Assembly: GCA_050013255.1 (NCBI GenBank)
Contig: JBEKFP010000001.1
Location: 128,001-192,000, forward strand
Reading direction: 5' to 3'
DNA length: 64,000 bases
Source: Candidatus Bathyarchaeia archaeon
GTDB lineage: Archaea; Thermoproteota; Bathyarchaeia; 40CM-2-53-6
The notes below the pieces were generated by a model. That model searched no databases, was not told where the DNA came from, and worked only from the letters and a program-made list of their open reading frames with translations. Both the position numbers and the translations under genes were made by a program. Positions 31,174 through 40,563 of this stretch are shown in pieces. Numbering within the stretch: position 1 is the stretch's first letter; each line of letters starts with the position of its first letter.

Positions 31174-31827
31174 TTAGCGTTCCTTTTCCAATATCTTGAC
31201 ATCACACTTAACGAGCGTTTGGAAAGTTTCAGCGTCATTTCTGCTGCCTACTATTGCGCCGTAATGCATCGGGATGACGATTTTGGGATTAAATGATGCT
31301 ACAGCTTCAGCCGCTTCTTGCGCGGTCATTACATAGGTGCCTGAGACCGGGATGAGAGCGATGTCAGCCCGTATGTTCTTCATTTCAGGGATATGATCCG
31401 TGTCGCCTGCGTGGTAAATGCGAACCCCTTTCACGGTTACGATGAACCCTAATTTTCCATCCTCCTTCGGGTGGAAGACCTTTCCTGGTTCACGGAACTT
31501 GTTCAGATTATACGCCGGGACGGCTTCAACCTCAATGTCACCGAACTTAACCTTGTCGCCCGGTTTTATGATCTTGATATCTTTCACTTTCAGCTTAGAT
31601 AATTCGTTCTTGGATTGGGCGTGCGCGACGATCGTTGTGTTGGGAGTGGTGATCTTCTTCAAGTCATCGACGCTGCAATGGTCACCATGCTCGTGGCTGA
31701 CGAGAATGAGATCCGCTTTGGGCCCGCCTTCGATCTGGTACGGGTCGATGTATAGGACTTGACCGTTCTGAATTCTGAAGCCGTCGTGTCCTAACCAGGT
31801 GAGTTTGACATTTTGGTACTCGTACAT
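31174..31827 (-). CDS. MBL-fold metallo-hydrolase
   Basis: WLGHDGF; SHEHGDH; YHAGDT; PMHYG. Confidence 0.9.
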   Translation of the reverse strand: MYEYQNVKLTWLGHDGFRIQNGQVLYIDPYQIEGGPKADLILVSHEHGDHCSVDDLKKITTPNTTIVAHAQSKNELSKLKVKDIKIIKPGDKVKFGDIEVEAVPAYNLNKFREPGKVFHPKEDGKLGFIVTVKGVRIYHAGDTDHIPEMKNIRADIALIPVSGTYVMTAQEAAEAVASFNPKIVIPMHYGAIVGSRNDAETFQTLVKCDVKILEKER

Positions 31828-31976
31828 CTCTGGAACCGCCAAGATAGTAGCCATTCCTTTCATTAAAAAAGGGCACAGTTCCGTGGCCGAGACGTTCCGA
31901 TCCTACTGACTCCCTTCAATGTTTTTTTGTTTCAGATTCTATGGAATAGGCCTCTGCGTGAGGGCTGGTTGGCAAG

Positions 31977-34832
31977 CTGACTGAACAAGTTTTTTCGAAC
32001 CTGTCAAAAGCGATTCAGGAAGCCCTAGCTGAGTCCGGCATTAGGAAGCCTACGCCCCCACAACTGGTCGCTATTCCGAAGATCATGGGTGGTACGAATG
32101 TTCTGCTGATTGCCCCGACCGGTTCGGGGAAGACTGAAGCAGTTCTACTCCCGATCCTAGACCAGCTCACGAAGCTGGAAAACCGACAAGGGATTTCGGT
32201 AATATACATAACGCCATTGCGAGCATTGAACCGGGACCTCATGAAACGCCTCGATTTCTGGCGAACAAAACTTGAATTCACAGTTGAGGTGAGACACGGA
32301 GATACGCCGCAGAAGGAGAGACGCAGACAGGCAATCAAACCGCCAGATTTCCTGGTTACAACACCTGAAACGTTGCAAGCAATCCTTCCCGGCAGACTGA
32401 TGCGTTCCCACCTGCAGCACGTTCGGTGGGTTGTCATCGACGAAGTTCATGAACTTGCGGGCGACAGACGTGGCGTCCAGTTGATGATTGGGCTTGAGAG
32501 ACTCAGAAAGTTAACGGGCCATGAATTCCAGAGGATCGGCCTATCAGCCACTGTTGGGAATCCGGAGCAAATCGGGGCATTCATAGCGGGAAACAGACCA
32601 TATGAGGTAATCCAGGTTCTACCTCCGAAAGCGGCAAAGTACTTCGTTGAATTTCCGCACCCAACCGACGAAGACAACATAGTGGCACAGAGTCTGTACA
32701 CCGCTCCTGAGGCAGCCGCCCGACTGAATAGGATATGGGAATTAGTCGAGGACCATGAATCGACCTTAATCTTCGTCAACAGCCGCACCAACGCGGAAAC
32801 CTTGGGGTCGAAGTTCCATCAACTTAAACGAAACGTGGGCGTTCACCACGGCTCCCTGCCCAAGGAAGAAAGAGTGCGGGTTGAGGATGATTTCAAGAAC
32901 GGCAGAATCAAAGCCTTAGTCTGCACTTCAACGCTTGAACTCGGAATAGATATTGGAAATGTGGATTTGACAATCCAATACATGTCACCTCGCCAGGTTT
33001 CAAGCCTTATCCAGCGTGTGGGACGATCAGGTCACAGACTGGATCGAGTGTCCCAAGGCTCAATTTTGGCTGTGTCAACGGAAGACATCTTAGAATCTGT
33101 TGCCGCGGTTCAAAAAGCACAGGAGAAATCAATTGAACCAGTGCAGATTCATGAGAAGACGCTCGATGTGCTCGCGCACCAAATCACTGGTACCGTCTTG
33201 GAATCGGAAAATGGGATCAAGGCTGACGAAGTATTCGGACTGATACGGCAAGCCTACGCGTATCGAGAGTTGTCTAGGGAAGAATTTGACAGAGTGGCCT
33301 CCTTCATGGAGACGATGCGTTACCTCAGAGAAGAAGGAGGCTTGCTATTTCGCGGGAGCAGAACCCGTCAATACTACTTCGAAAATCTCTCTATGATCCC
33401 CGACGAACGAAGGTACCAAGTCATCGATGTTTCAACTCAGCAGTCTGTGGGAATTCTAGGCGAGGAATTCATGATGACCAAGGCAAGGTTGGGCTTGCAT
33501 TTCATCATAAAAGGGAGGGTTTGGCAGATCGAGCAGATCTCTGATGATGCTCGTGTCTACGTGACTCCGGTTGAAGACCCAACTGCCGCCGTTCCAGGAT
33601 GGGACGGAGAGATGCTGCCTATCCATTTTGACCTAGCTCAGAGAGTCGGCCAACTACGATCAGAAGTCGCGCAATCACTTGAAACCAGTGCACCGACATC
33701 CGTGGTCACACTCCTCAGCGGTACATGGCCGACAGAGCGTTTCGCCATACGCAAGGTCGTCGAGGAGATTGACGGCCATAGAAAAATGGGTGCACCGGTT
33801 CCAACCGACAAACGGATTGTACTGGAAGCATTTGATAGGTTCCTGATAGTCCACGCCTCGTTCGGCGAAACCGTGAACAATACCCTTGGAGAAGTCTACG
33901 AGGAACTGCTCTCCAGAAAGGGCCTAGTAGGGCAGTGGTGGGCTGATGGCTACCGCATCCTACTAGAATTAACCAGCCCCACCGACGACCTTTCCTTGGA
34001 GGAAATGCGCGCAACCATCTTCGATCTTGATGCGGGCGTTCTGGAAGGCGTATTCAAAGGCGTATTGCACAGACACTTTCCGTTTGGTTACTACATGAAA
34101 TTCATCGCCGAACGTTTCGGGGCCATGCGGCGCGGGCTTATGTTCTCAGGTGACAACCTCAGGGAACTTGGCTTACGTTTCCGGATGACGCCAATCTATG
34201 ATGAAACAATTCGTGAAGCGCTGATGCTTCATGTAGATTACCCCCGCGTGCGAGAAATCTACCGAATGATAAGAGAAGGCGGGATGGAAGTTGCACTCTT
34301 CAGGGCGGGAGAAAAGCCGACCCCGTTAGGTTTTCACCTTCTCAACAAGCATGTCGACGTACCGGAATTAATCGCTCCAGAGACTGTGGAGAGGGATACG
34401 ATTGCGAGGCTCCGGTACAGCTTGGGGAATATGACTGTTGATTTGCTCTGCTTCGAATGTGGAGAATTGATGCAGGCCCAAGTTGTCAAGGCTCTCCCAA
34501 ACAAGCCTAAGTGCTCATCCTGCAGCTCCGGCCTGTTGGCTGTATCTACGTGGTCCACGGACTATCCCTCCCGTTTATTGGAGAAGAAACTTAAGGTTAA
34601 GACTCTGGAGGACGCGGAAAGAGATAAGCTCGCCCGAGCCAGGCGCTCAGCCGACCTCGTCCTTTCATACGGACAACGAGCCGTAATAGCGCAGTGCGTT
34701 TACGGCATCGGACCGCAAACAGCCGGCCGAATCCTCGCGAAGATGCATGACGACGAGAAGACGTTTTACAAGGATCTCTTGGAAGCGAAACTCAAGTTCA
34801 TAACGACAAGGCCGTTTTGGGATAAGCCTTAG
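31977..34832 (+). CDS. lhr: Lhr-like DEAD/DEAH-box helicase
   Basis: PTPPQ Q-motif upstream of the first ATG (32085); APTGSGKT; DEVH; LSAT; QRVGRSGH; C-terminal CxxC pairs; start inferred at CTG 31977 or 31965. Confidence 0.92.
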   Translation: MTEQVFSNLSKAIQEALAESGIRKPTPPQLVAIPKIMGGTNVLLIAPTGSGKTEAVLLPILDQLTKLENRQGISVIYITPLRALNRDLMKRLDFWRTKLEFTVEVRHGDTPQKERRRQAIKPPDFLVTTPETLQAILPGRLMRSHLQHVRWVVIDEVHELAGDRRGVQLMIGLERLRKLTGHEFQRIGLSATVGNPEQIGAFIAGNRPYEVIQVLPPKAAKYFVEFPHPTDEDNIVAQSLYTAPEAAARLNRIWELVEDHESTLIFVNSRTNAETLGSKFHQLKRNVGVHHGSLPKEERVRVEDDFKNGRIKALVCTSTLELGIDIGNVDLTIQYMSPRQVSSLIQRVGRSGHRLDRVSQGSILAVSTEDILESVAAVQKAQEKSIEPVQIHEKTLDVLAHQITGTVLESENGIKADEVFGLIRQAYAYRELSREEFDRVASFMETMRYLREEGGLLFRGSRTRQYYFENLSMIPDERRYQVIDVSTQQSVGILGEEFMMTKARLGLHFIIKGRVWQIEQISDDARVYVTPVEDPTAAVPGWDGEMLPIHFDLAQRVGQLRSEVAQSLETSAPTSVVTLLSGTWPTERFAIRKVVEEIDGHRKMGAPVPTDKRIVLEAFDRFLIVHASFGETVNNTLGEVYEELLSRKGLVGQWWADGYRILLELTSPTDDLSLEEMRATIFDLDAGVLEGVFKGVLHRHFPFGYYMKFIAERFGAMRRGLMFSGDNLRELGLRFRMTPIYDETIREALMLHVDYPRVREIYRMIREGGMEVALFRAGEKPTPLGFHLLNKHVDVPELIAPETVERDTIARLRYSLGNMTVDLLCFECGELMQAQVVKALPNKPKCSSCSSGLLAVSTWSTDYPSRLLEKKLKVKTLEDAERDKLARARRSADLVLSYGQRAVIAQCVYGIGPQTAGRILAKMHDDEKTFYKDLLEAKLKFITTRPFWDKP

Positions 34833-35137
34833 GTAGAAAAGTAGAACAAATTCCTTTTTCTAACGTAGCTCTAAGTGTTCCAAGCCACTTTAAATCGCCT
34901 AACGACCAAGGATTTCTTCAGTGATTGGGTTGTACCATTTACACCAACACGAATTTCATCACGCTATGCCTTTGGGCATCATGAGTTGTGTCTACTGTGG
35001 ATTGCGAAAGGCCGTTTACAAGGAACGACTATCAGCCAGAATGTACTCTGCTGGACGCTGATGAGTTAGTAGGCGTGAAAACGCTCGATTTTTAAGCGCT
35101 AGGCTGCTCAGCCCCGACAAATTCGGGGCTATGCCTT

Positions 35138-35794
35138 GTGGTAGCAGAGCTTGAACGTAGACTGGTTGAGCTGAGGTTTATTGAAGGCATCGAGAAAGTT
35201 GAGCACGTACCCTACCCTACGGGTGACCAGTTCTGGGTCCGTTTCAACCGCCCGTTGGATTTCGCGCACCTCAAGGACTTGGTCAAGAAGCACGGTTACC
35301 TCATTGTCGAATTCGCGAAACTGCCGTCGAAGCTGCCCCGCGGCCTCTCCGAGATGCTATGGAATGGGGTCACTCATGTTATTGCTAGGAAGATGAGTGG
35401 ATGGTCAAAGTTCACTTCATCCCTAGGCCTTGAACCAGAAGGAATTGCAAAAATCGCATGCGACCTACACGGCCAATACCAGATCTTCATTGCTACGACT
35501 GAAGAAGGCGTCGAATTATTGTACGAGTATCTCGGAGTGAAATATGTCCCACCAGCCCCGCCTCCACCCGTTACCCCAGCCAAACCGCCCATGCCTGCTA
35601 CCGGAAAATCAGCGCCCGTTGTCGCTAGGCCGGCCACCCCCGCTGCCCCAGTTAAGCCACCAACCGCTGGCCAACCATCACAGCCGACACCTGCGCAACC
35701 TGCTCCCCCACAGCCACCCGGAGCCGCCGCTAAACCTACGACCGCTGCATTAATCCAACCTAAGAAAGACCCGACTACACAGCCCACGAGCTGA
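35138..35794 (+). CDS. Hypothetical protein with Pro/Ala-rich disordered C-terminal tail
   Basis: Globular N-terminal ~135 aa followed by ~80 aa of P/A/T/Q-rich sequence. Confidence 0.75.
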   Translation: MVAELERRLVELRFIEGIEKVEHVPYPTGDQFWVRFNRPLDFAHLKDLVKKHGYLIVEFAKLPSKLPRGLSEMLWNGVTHVIARKMSGWSKFTSSLGLEPEGIAKIACDLHGQYQIFIATTEEGVELLYEYLGVKYVPPAPPPPVTPAKPPMPATGKSAPVVARPATPAAPVKPPTAGQPSQPTPAQPAPPQPPGAAAKPTTAALIQPKKDPTTQPTS

Positions 35795-36036
35795 CCATTT
35801 AGGTTGGTGGAAGCGAATCAACCTTCTTCGGTTCGACAGTGAAGGATACGTCTTCATCAACATCGAGAGAGTCTGAATAAAGGGCCTCACCTAGGACTGT
35901 CGGCATATATGTCTACACGAGAGCGTTTCTTCAAAGAAGCCGCCAGCCCAAGAGTCCCCCAGGCAGGCCTAGTAAGGTTTCCAACCGGAAAGGAATTCTT
36001 GCGAAGAACAAGATGACACCAGGCCGGTCTACGTTG

Positions 36037-37032
36037 TTAGCTTCCAAACGTTTCGATGCACGGTCGAACATTGGAATCAAGATCACCCGGCGTATAGGAA
36101 GGCTGAATCACGGGCAGCTTCACTCCCGCGCGCCTGTATTCGCTAACTCTCTTCAAGCAATCCTGCGAAGACCCGACGATGAGTAGGTCTCGCGCCATTC
36201 GTTCCGGTACCTGTAATAGAGCGTTTTCCATGCCGCCCTTCGCCCATGCTTCCTTGAGAAGGTCCGCTTCCTGCCTGTATCCCATCTTCCGGTATAGCCG
36301 CCTGTAATGTATTGACCGCCCATAACCAGCAACAGTCTGACGCGCCTCCTTCATCACCCTCTCACCGTCCTCCATGAGAAACGTTGGCAGGTAGCATGCG
36401 ACATCAACCTCACCGAATGGCCGATTTGCCTTCTCAGCCCCTTCTTGGACAGCTTTGACCAGTTCCCTTGCTCGATTTGGCGAAACGAGCACGAAAATAA
36501 CACCATCCGCAATCTCGCCAGCGACACTCGCCAGCCGCTCACTTACCGTGGCCACGTAAATCGGAATCCGGTGGCGTACGGGTTGAAGATTCAGTTTGAG
36601 GTTCCTTATCTGAATATGTTTGCCTTCATAGTTAACTTGACTTCCGCCTACAAGTTTTCGGAAGACGTCGATGTACTCTCGCATTCGGTTGATCGGGTCG
36701 CTGAAATCCATTGAGTGGTATGGGCTTATGACCCAGTGTCCCGTCCCAATCCCTAGAATCATTCGGGCCTTGGACATTTCATCCAGGGTAGCCATAGTTG
36801 AGGCGATCAACGTGACGGATCTAGAGAAGACGTTGATTATCCCTGTGGCTAGGCCAATGCGTTCTGTTGAAACAGAGAGCGCGCCTAGGTAGGAGATGGC
36901 ATCCTTTCCCGGAGTGAGACTGCTCTCGACTACCCAAGCAGATTCGAACCCTCGCTTTTCAGCCTCTTTCACGGAGGTTAACGTGTCACCGATTGTCATA
37001 CTGCTCCAAACGCCGAAGCCGATTCTATCCGT
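36037..37032 (-). CDS. LLM-class oxidoreductase
   Basis: AEKRGFESAWVVE; TERIGLATGI; RMILGIGTG; frame extends upstream to ACG GAT AGA ATC GGC TTC (xDRIGFG); first ATG at 36999. Confidence 0.88.
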   Translation of the reverse strand, partial: TDRIGFGVWSSMTIGDTLTSVKEAEKRGFESAWVVESSLTPGKDAISYLGALSVSTERIGLATGIINVFSRSVTLIASTMATLDEMSKARMILGIGTGHWVISPYHSMDFSDPINRMREYIDVFRKLVGGSQVNYEGKHIQIRNLKLNLQPVRHRIPIYVATVSERLASVAGEIADGVIFVLVSPNRARELVKAVQEGAEKANRPFGEVDVACYLPTFLMEDGERVMKEARQTVAGYGRSIHYRRLYRKMGYRQEADLLKEAWAKGGMENALLQVPERMARDLLIVGSSQDCLKRVSEYRRAGVKLPVIQPSYTPGDLDSNVRPCIETFGS

Positions 37033-37306
37033 AGAAACTCACCGTACCTGAACTGAGATTTGCCAGCTAAATAAGACTGGGGAGGCCAGACCGAATTATT
37101 CACAGCCATCGCATAGATAACTCCAGTATGGCTGCGAAAGCGGCGGTCAGGGCCGGAGTCGCAAGCATCCTCATCGCTATTTTCTATTCAGAGGCTTTGA
37201 AGTTTCGGCGATACGAAGAGGCGAGCTACAAGAGTCCTATCGGGAGCATTCCGTTGCTTCCGACATGCTATTCTAGAAGTAGGCCACTGAGCATAGCGGC
37301 CGGTTT

Positions 37307-37415
37307 GCCGGGGTAGCCAAGAGACCGGTATCCGGTCGGGCAACCTGGTATGGCGTCGGATTGCTAATCCGATGATCGCAAGGTCTCGTGGGTTCAAATC
37401 CCACCCCCGGCGCCA
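37307..37415 (+). tRNA. tRNA-Ser(GCT) with 22-nt non-canonical intron at 15/16 (37322-37343), CCA encoded
   Basis: GCCGGGGTAGCCAAG[AGACCGGTATCCGGTCGGGCAA]CCTGGTATGGCGTCGGATTGCTAATCCGATGATCGCAAGGTCTCGTGGGTTCAAATCCCACCCCCGGCGCCA; long variable arm, G73. Confidence 0.93.
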
Positions 37416-37530
37416 ACTCCTTCCGTCTATCCTAGACGTAGGAGAGAAGAGAGGGAGATTGTTACCACAGATATGCTTGATGTCTTGCTCTGAGACTTTT
37501 CTCCGCCGCTGTATTTTAAACGAGGACGGT

Positions 37531-38379
37531 TCACTTGTCATTCATGAAAATTGCACTCATCTCTCTCGGGTTCACGGCCTCAGCTGCGAAGGAAAAAGTA
37601 CCATGCTCCCTCATTTCGCGGGCAGCGCGAAGAAAGGCGCCAAGGGCGGTGCGACAGAGCGCGCTCCCAACGCTTACCCGTTTGACTCCGATCTCTGAGA
37701 GTTCAGCTAAGCTTAGTTGAACGCCTTGCAGCCCCATCACCACGTTCACGGGGCGGTTCACAGAGTTGACAACTGCTGCAATATCCGCCTTAGTAGCTAG
37801 GCCCGGGGCATACAGGACATCCGCCCCCGCCTCTTCATACGCTTGCAGCCGCTTGATAGTATCTGCAAGGTCTGACCGACCATGCCAATAGTTCTCCGCA
37901 CGAGCGGTCAAAGTGAAAGGAAACGGAAGGGCACGCGCCGCCGCTACCGCCGCCCGAACTCGCTCAATCGCAGGCTCTATTTCATAGATCGGATGGTCCG
38001 AGCGCCCGGTTGCATCTTCGATTGAACCCCCGACAACTCCTGCAGCGGCGGCAAGTCTGATTGTTTCGGCAACGACTTCAGGCGAATCTCCAAATCCATT
38101 CTCAAGATCGGCGCTTACAGGCAGCTGGGTGGCTGACGCAATTGCAGACGCGTACGCCAACGTCTCATCGCGGTCAAGGGTGTTATCTCGCCTCCCGAGA
38201 GAAAACGCGTAACCCATACTAGGAGTAGCAAGCGCCTCAAACCCCACGTGTGCCAGCAGGCGCGCGGTACCTACATCCCACGGATTGGGAATGATGAATG
38301 CGCCACTACGCTCATGAAGTGCCCGAAAAACCCGTCCCCTCTCCGCCTGCGTCGCCAAAGCTCCATCGCTCGAAGTCAT
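37531..38379 (-). CDS. Isocitrate lyase/PEP mutase family protein
   Basis: PNPWDVGTA; LPVSADLENGFG; SIED; ARAEN; AGADVLYAPGL. Confidence 0.9.
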   Translation of the reverse strand: MTSSDGALATQAERGRVFRALHERSGAFIIPNPWDVGTARLLAHVGFEALATPSMGYAFSLGRRDNTLDRDETLAYASAIASATQLPVSADLENGFGDSPEVVAETIRLAAAAGVVGGSIEDATGRSDHPIYEIEPAIERVRAAVAAARALPFPFTLTARAENYWHGRSDLADTIKRLQAYEEAGADVLYAPGLATKADIAAVVNSVNRPVNVVMGLQGVQLSLAELSEIGVKRVSVGSALCRTALGAFLRAAREMREHGTFSFAAEAVNPREMSAIFMNDK

Positions 38380-38474
38380 CGCAATCGCGCCTCCTTAGCT
38401 TCGGCAATGAGGAGAAAAACATTGTGGGTGTGCGGCGAGCCATTCGGGAATTCTATGGTGAAAATCGTCGGCGA

Positions 38475-38579
38475 TTGGAGATTAGGACTGAGCGGATTTG
38501 GAACGTAGCCTTGAATATTCTTGTCATACTGCTCTCGGCCATTGTTGGATTCGTATTCGGTCGACTGGGTTCCAGATAG
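38475..38579 (+). CDS. Putative single-TM microprotein
   Basis: TTG start: MEIRTERIWNVALNILVILLSAIVGFVFGRLGSR. Confidence 0.4.
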   Translation: MEIRTERIWNVALNILVILLSAIVGFVFGRLGSR

Positions 38580-38716
38580 AATTGCAGAGTGTTCTGATTT
38601 GCGCGGTGCCGCAAGAGTTCTCTAGGTTCAGGTGCTTTTTCCTTTTTCTTGCGGGGGTGCGCACCACGACACATTTAATCATCGTTAGGCCCTGGAAGTA
38701 CAGAGAGGAGAGCAAG

Positions 38717-39061
38717 ATGAGCAACGAACAGGTGGCACCTGAGACGAAAGGCGTTACGGTGAAGTTACTTGCAACGGTTGACCTTGGCCCTGAGATCGAG
38801 GGCATGGCAGGGCGCCAGCTTCGAATGCGTATGGTGACCATCGAGCCTGGAGGCGTCATTGGCCCGCTTCACGACCATAAAGACAGACCAGGCACCGTCT
38901 ACATACTGCAAGGAACGATCACTGACCATCGAAATGGAGTCGCTACGGACTTTGGGCCGGGAGTGGGCTGGCCCGAGGATAGGAATACCATACACTGGCT
39001 TGAGAACAGAGGAACGATTCCGGCGGTGGAGATCTCGGTCGATATAGTCAGGCAAGAGTAA
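38717..39061 (+). CDS. Cupin domain protein
   Basis: EPGGVIGPLHDHKDRPGTVYILQG...E...HWLENRG; GGAG upstream. Confidence 0.88.
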   Translation: MSNEQVAPETKGVTVKLLATVDLGPEIEGMAGRQLRMRMVTIEPGGVIGPLHDHKDRPGTVYILQGTITDHRNGVATDFGPGVGWPEDRNTIHWLENRGTIPAVEISVDIVRQE

Positions 39062-39303
39062 GCTCAGGCTGAAAGACTGCGTGGGATACGCACCACGAGA
39101 CACACACACCTCCCCCCAAAAAAACGGATAAACCCAGAAAAAAGAATAAACTGCGAACACAGAGTCAAATTATGACGCTCACATCATTAGAGCCATGCAG
39201 GAAGAATCAGAGTTCTATTATGCTGTAAGCGCGCGCTAGAACCCAACCTTTGTGTTTTGTGCTCCTCTGGTTGCAGCAGCGATTTCGATAACAAAAGAGC
39301 GCA

Positions 39304-39507
39304 TCACGTCGATCCCTTCTCGAGTAGCCTGAGTCTTGCACGTCGTAGTTGTTGCTCGTCCAGTTTGTTGAAGTATTCTGTTAGCGCCTGCCTTATGGCT
39401 TCAGGCTTCGAGCCAACAACTCCTCTCTGGATTATTTCGTCCAATCTTCTTGCCAGTTCGCCTGTGAGGTCGAAATCTATTCTCGTGCTATAGCGGTCGT
39501 TCTGCAT
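39304..39507 (-). CDS. Ribbon-helix-helix (CopG/Arc-like) protein
   Basis: TRIDFDLTGELARRLDEIIQRG...SKPEAIRQAL. Confidence 0.75.
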   Translation of the reverse strand: MQNDRYSTRIDFDLTGELARRLDEIIQRGVVGSKPEAIRQALTEYFNKLDEQQLRRARLRLLEKGST

Positions 39508-39650
39508 CCTCCACTTTCCCCTCTTCCCTGTCGTGGGTTTCGATTTTATCGTCGTCTGCTTCAGAGAGCAGCTGGTCAAGGTCTATGGTGAGTTCGGGGG
39601 GGCTTATAGTAGTGCGGGCAGCTGAAATTGAACTCGACGTGATTGGATGT

Positions 39651-39796
39651 CGACCTAAGAGTTTAGTGTAAGGTAAGCATTATTCATGAACGATAGTCAG
39701 TTTGCCAGAATCGAAAAACTCAGCGAACGATAAACTTCCGGGGTTCATCCAGCCAAGCACAGAAAACCACGGGGGTTCAAATCCCACCCCCGGCGC
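39651..39796 (+). repeat. att-like repeat 1 (tRNA-Ser 3' end 39773-39796 plus conserved 122-bp upstream arm)
   Basis: GGGTTCAAATCCCACCCCCGGCGC identical to 37390-37413; upstream arm aligns ungapped with repeat 2. Confidence 0.9.
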
Positions 39797-40006
39797 TTTC
39801 AGCTCCACCCCCTGCATCGAACCTTGAAATCGTAGGAGAAATGGGACAAATATGCCAGTGAGGCTGATCTGTATTTTGTTAGGGGCTGCCGTGCTGCCGA
39901 CGTAGTTCGTAGTTGATTGTGACCGGGTGGCCGCGTTTGTGTCTTATGTCGAACTTGTAGGGGAAATTGTATAAGGATTCCCGCAAATTATCATACAAAT
40001 TGTCGG

Positions 40007-40039
40007 GTGTATAACACCAAAAATTCATGTGTTATACAC
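40007..40039. repeat. Perfect 11-bp inverted repeat GTGTATAACAC-N11-GTGTTATACAC
   Basis: Read directly; ends 10 bp before the arm of repeat 2. Confidence 0.8.
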
Positions 40040-40048
40040 GCGCTCAGA

Positions 40049-40194
40049 CCACCCAAGGATTTAGTGCGGACTTCGCATTATAGAAGTACGCGAATCTAAT
40101 TGTCCGACGAAGAAACTCCTCCAAATGAAAATCATCCGGTGTTCGCGGAGTCAAGCACGGGAACTGCGGGGGGTTCAAATCCCACCCCCGGCGC
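40049..40194 (+). repeat. att-like repeat 2 (tRNA-Ser 3' end 40171-40194 plus arm)
   Basis: Same 24-nt core; 40130-40193 differs from 43805-43867 by two substitutions and one G indel. Confidence 0.9.
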
Positions 40195-40347
40195 TTTCAA
40201 CGTTACCCACCGTATCATAACTCTGGTTTTGTCGACCAGCCTCTACTGATTATACAAGCCGAATATTCGTGGTTGCTCCTCGGCGTCAAACATCATTACG
40301 TGAGCGCCTGGCGGGACGATGTTTGCAATCCAAGCGCTGATTGCTCC

Positions 40348-40563
40348 TCACTTCCTTATCATCCTTCGAACAATTCTGGAGAGTGGGGCCGTTGAGCAGT
40401 GCGGTCCCCCTACCATGTCCAGGTAGCTGTCATCCCATTTCTTAACGCGGATTCCGTTTTGTTTCAGCGCTTCAAGGGTTGGCTGTGGTTCGGGCGTAGG
40501 ATATGACTATGCCCGCTTTTATGGTCACTATATTGGTTGCACCTCGAGTTTGTTGTTTGATAT
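40348..40563 (-). pseudogene. Frameshifted C-terminal fragment of an arginine deiminase/amidinotransferase-family gene
   Basis: Frame 1 QQTRGATNIVTIKAGIVISYAR; frame 2 TLEALKQNGIRV...GGPHCSTAPLSR (family C-terminal catalytic Cys motif). Confidence 0.7.

Noticed and set aside
34966-35069. Possible Zn-finger microgene (MSCVYCGLRKAVYKERLS...)
   Set aside because: The second Cys pair is incomplete and out of frame; too short to support.
35544-35790. GC-rich low-complexity stretch as a DNA repeat
   Set aside because: Explained by the Pro/Ala-rich protein tail; no exact tandem unit.
35799-35906. 35-aa minus-strand ORF MPTVLGEALYSDSLDVDEDVSF...
   Set aside because: No motif or clear SD; cannot be distinguished from a chance ORF.
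37372-37698. ORF reading through the tRNA 3' end as int(C) of a split integrase
   Set aside because: No tyrosine-recombinase R-H-R-Y motifs, and it overlaps the PEP-mutase gene on the opposite strand.
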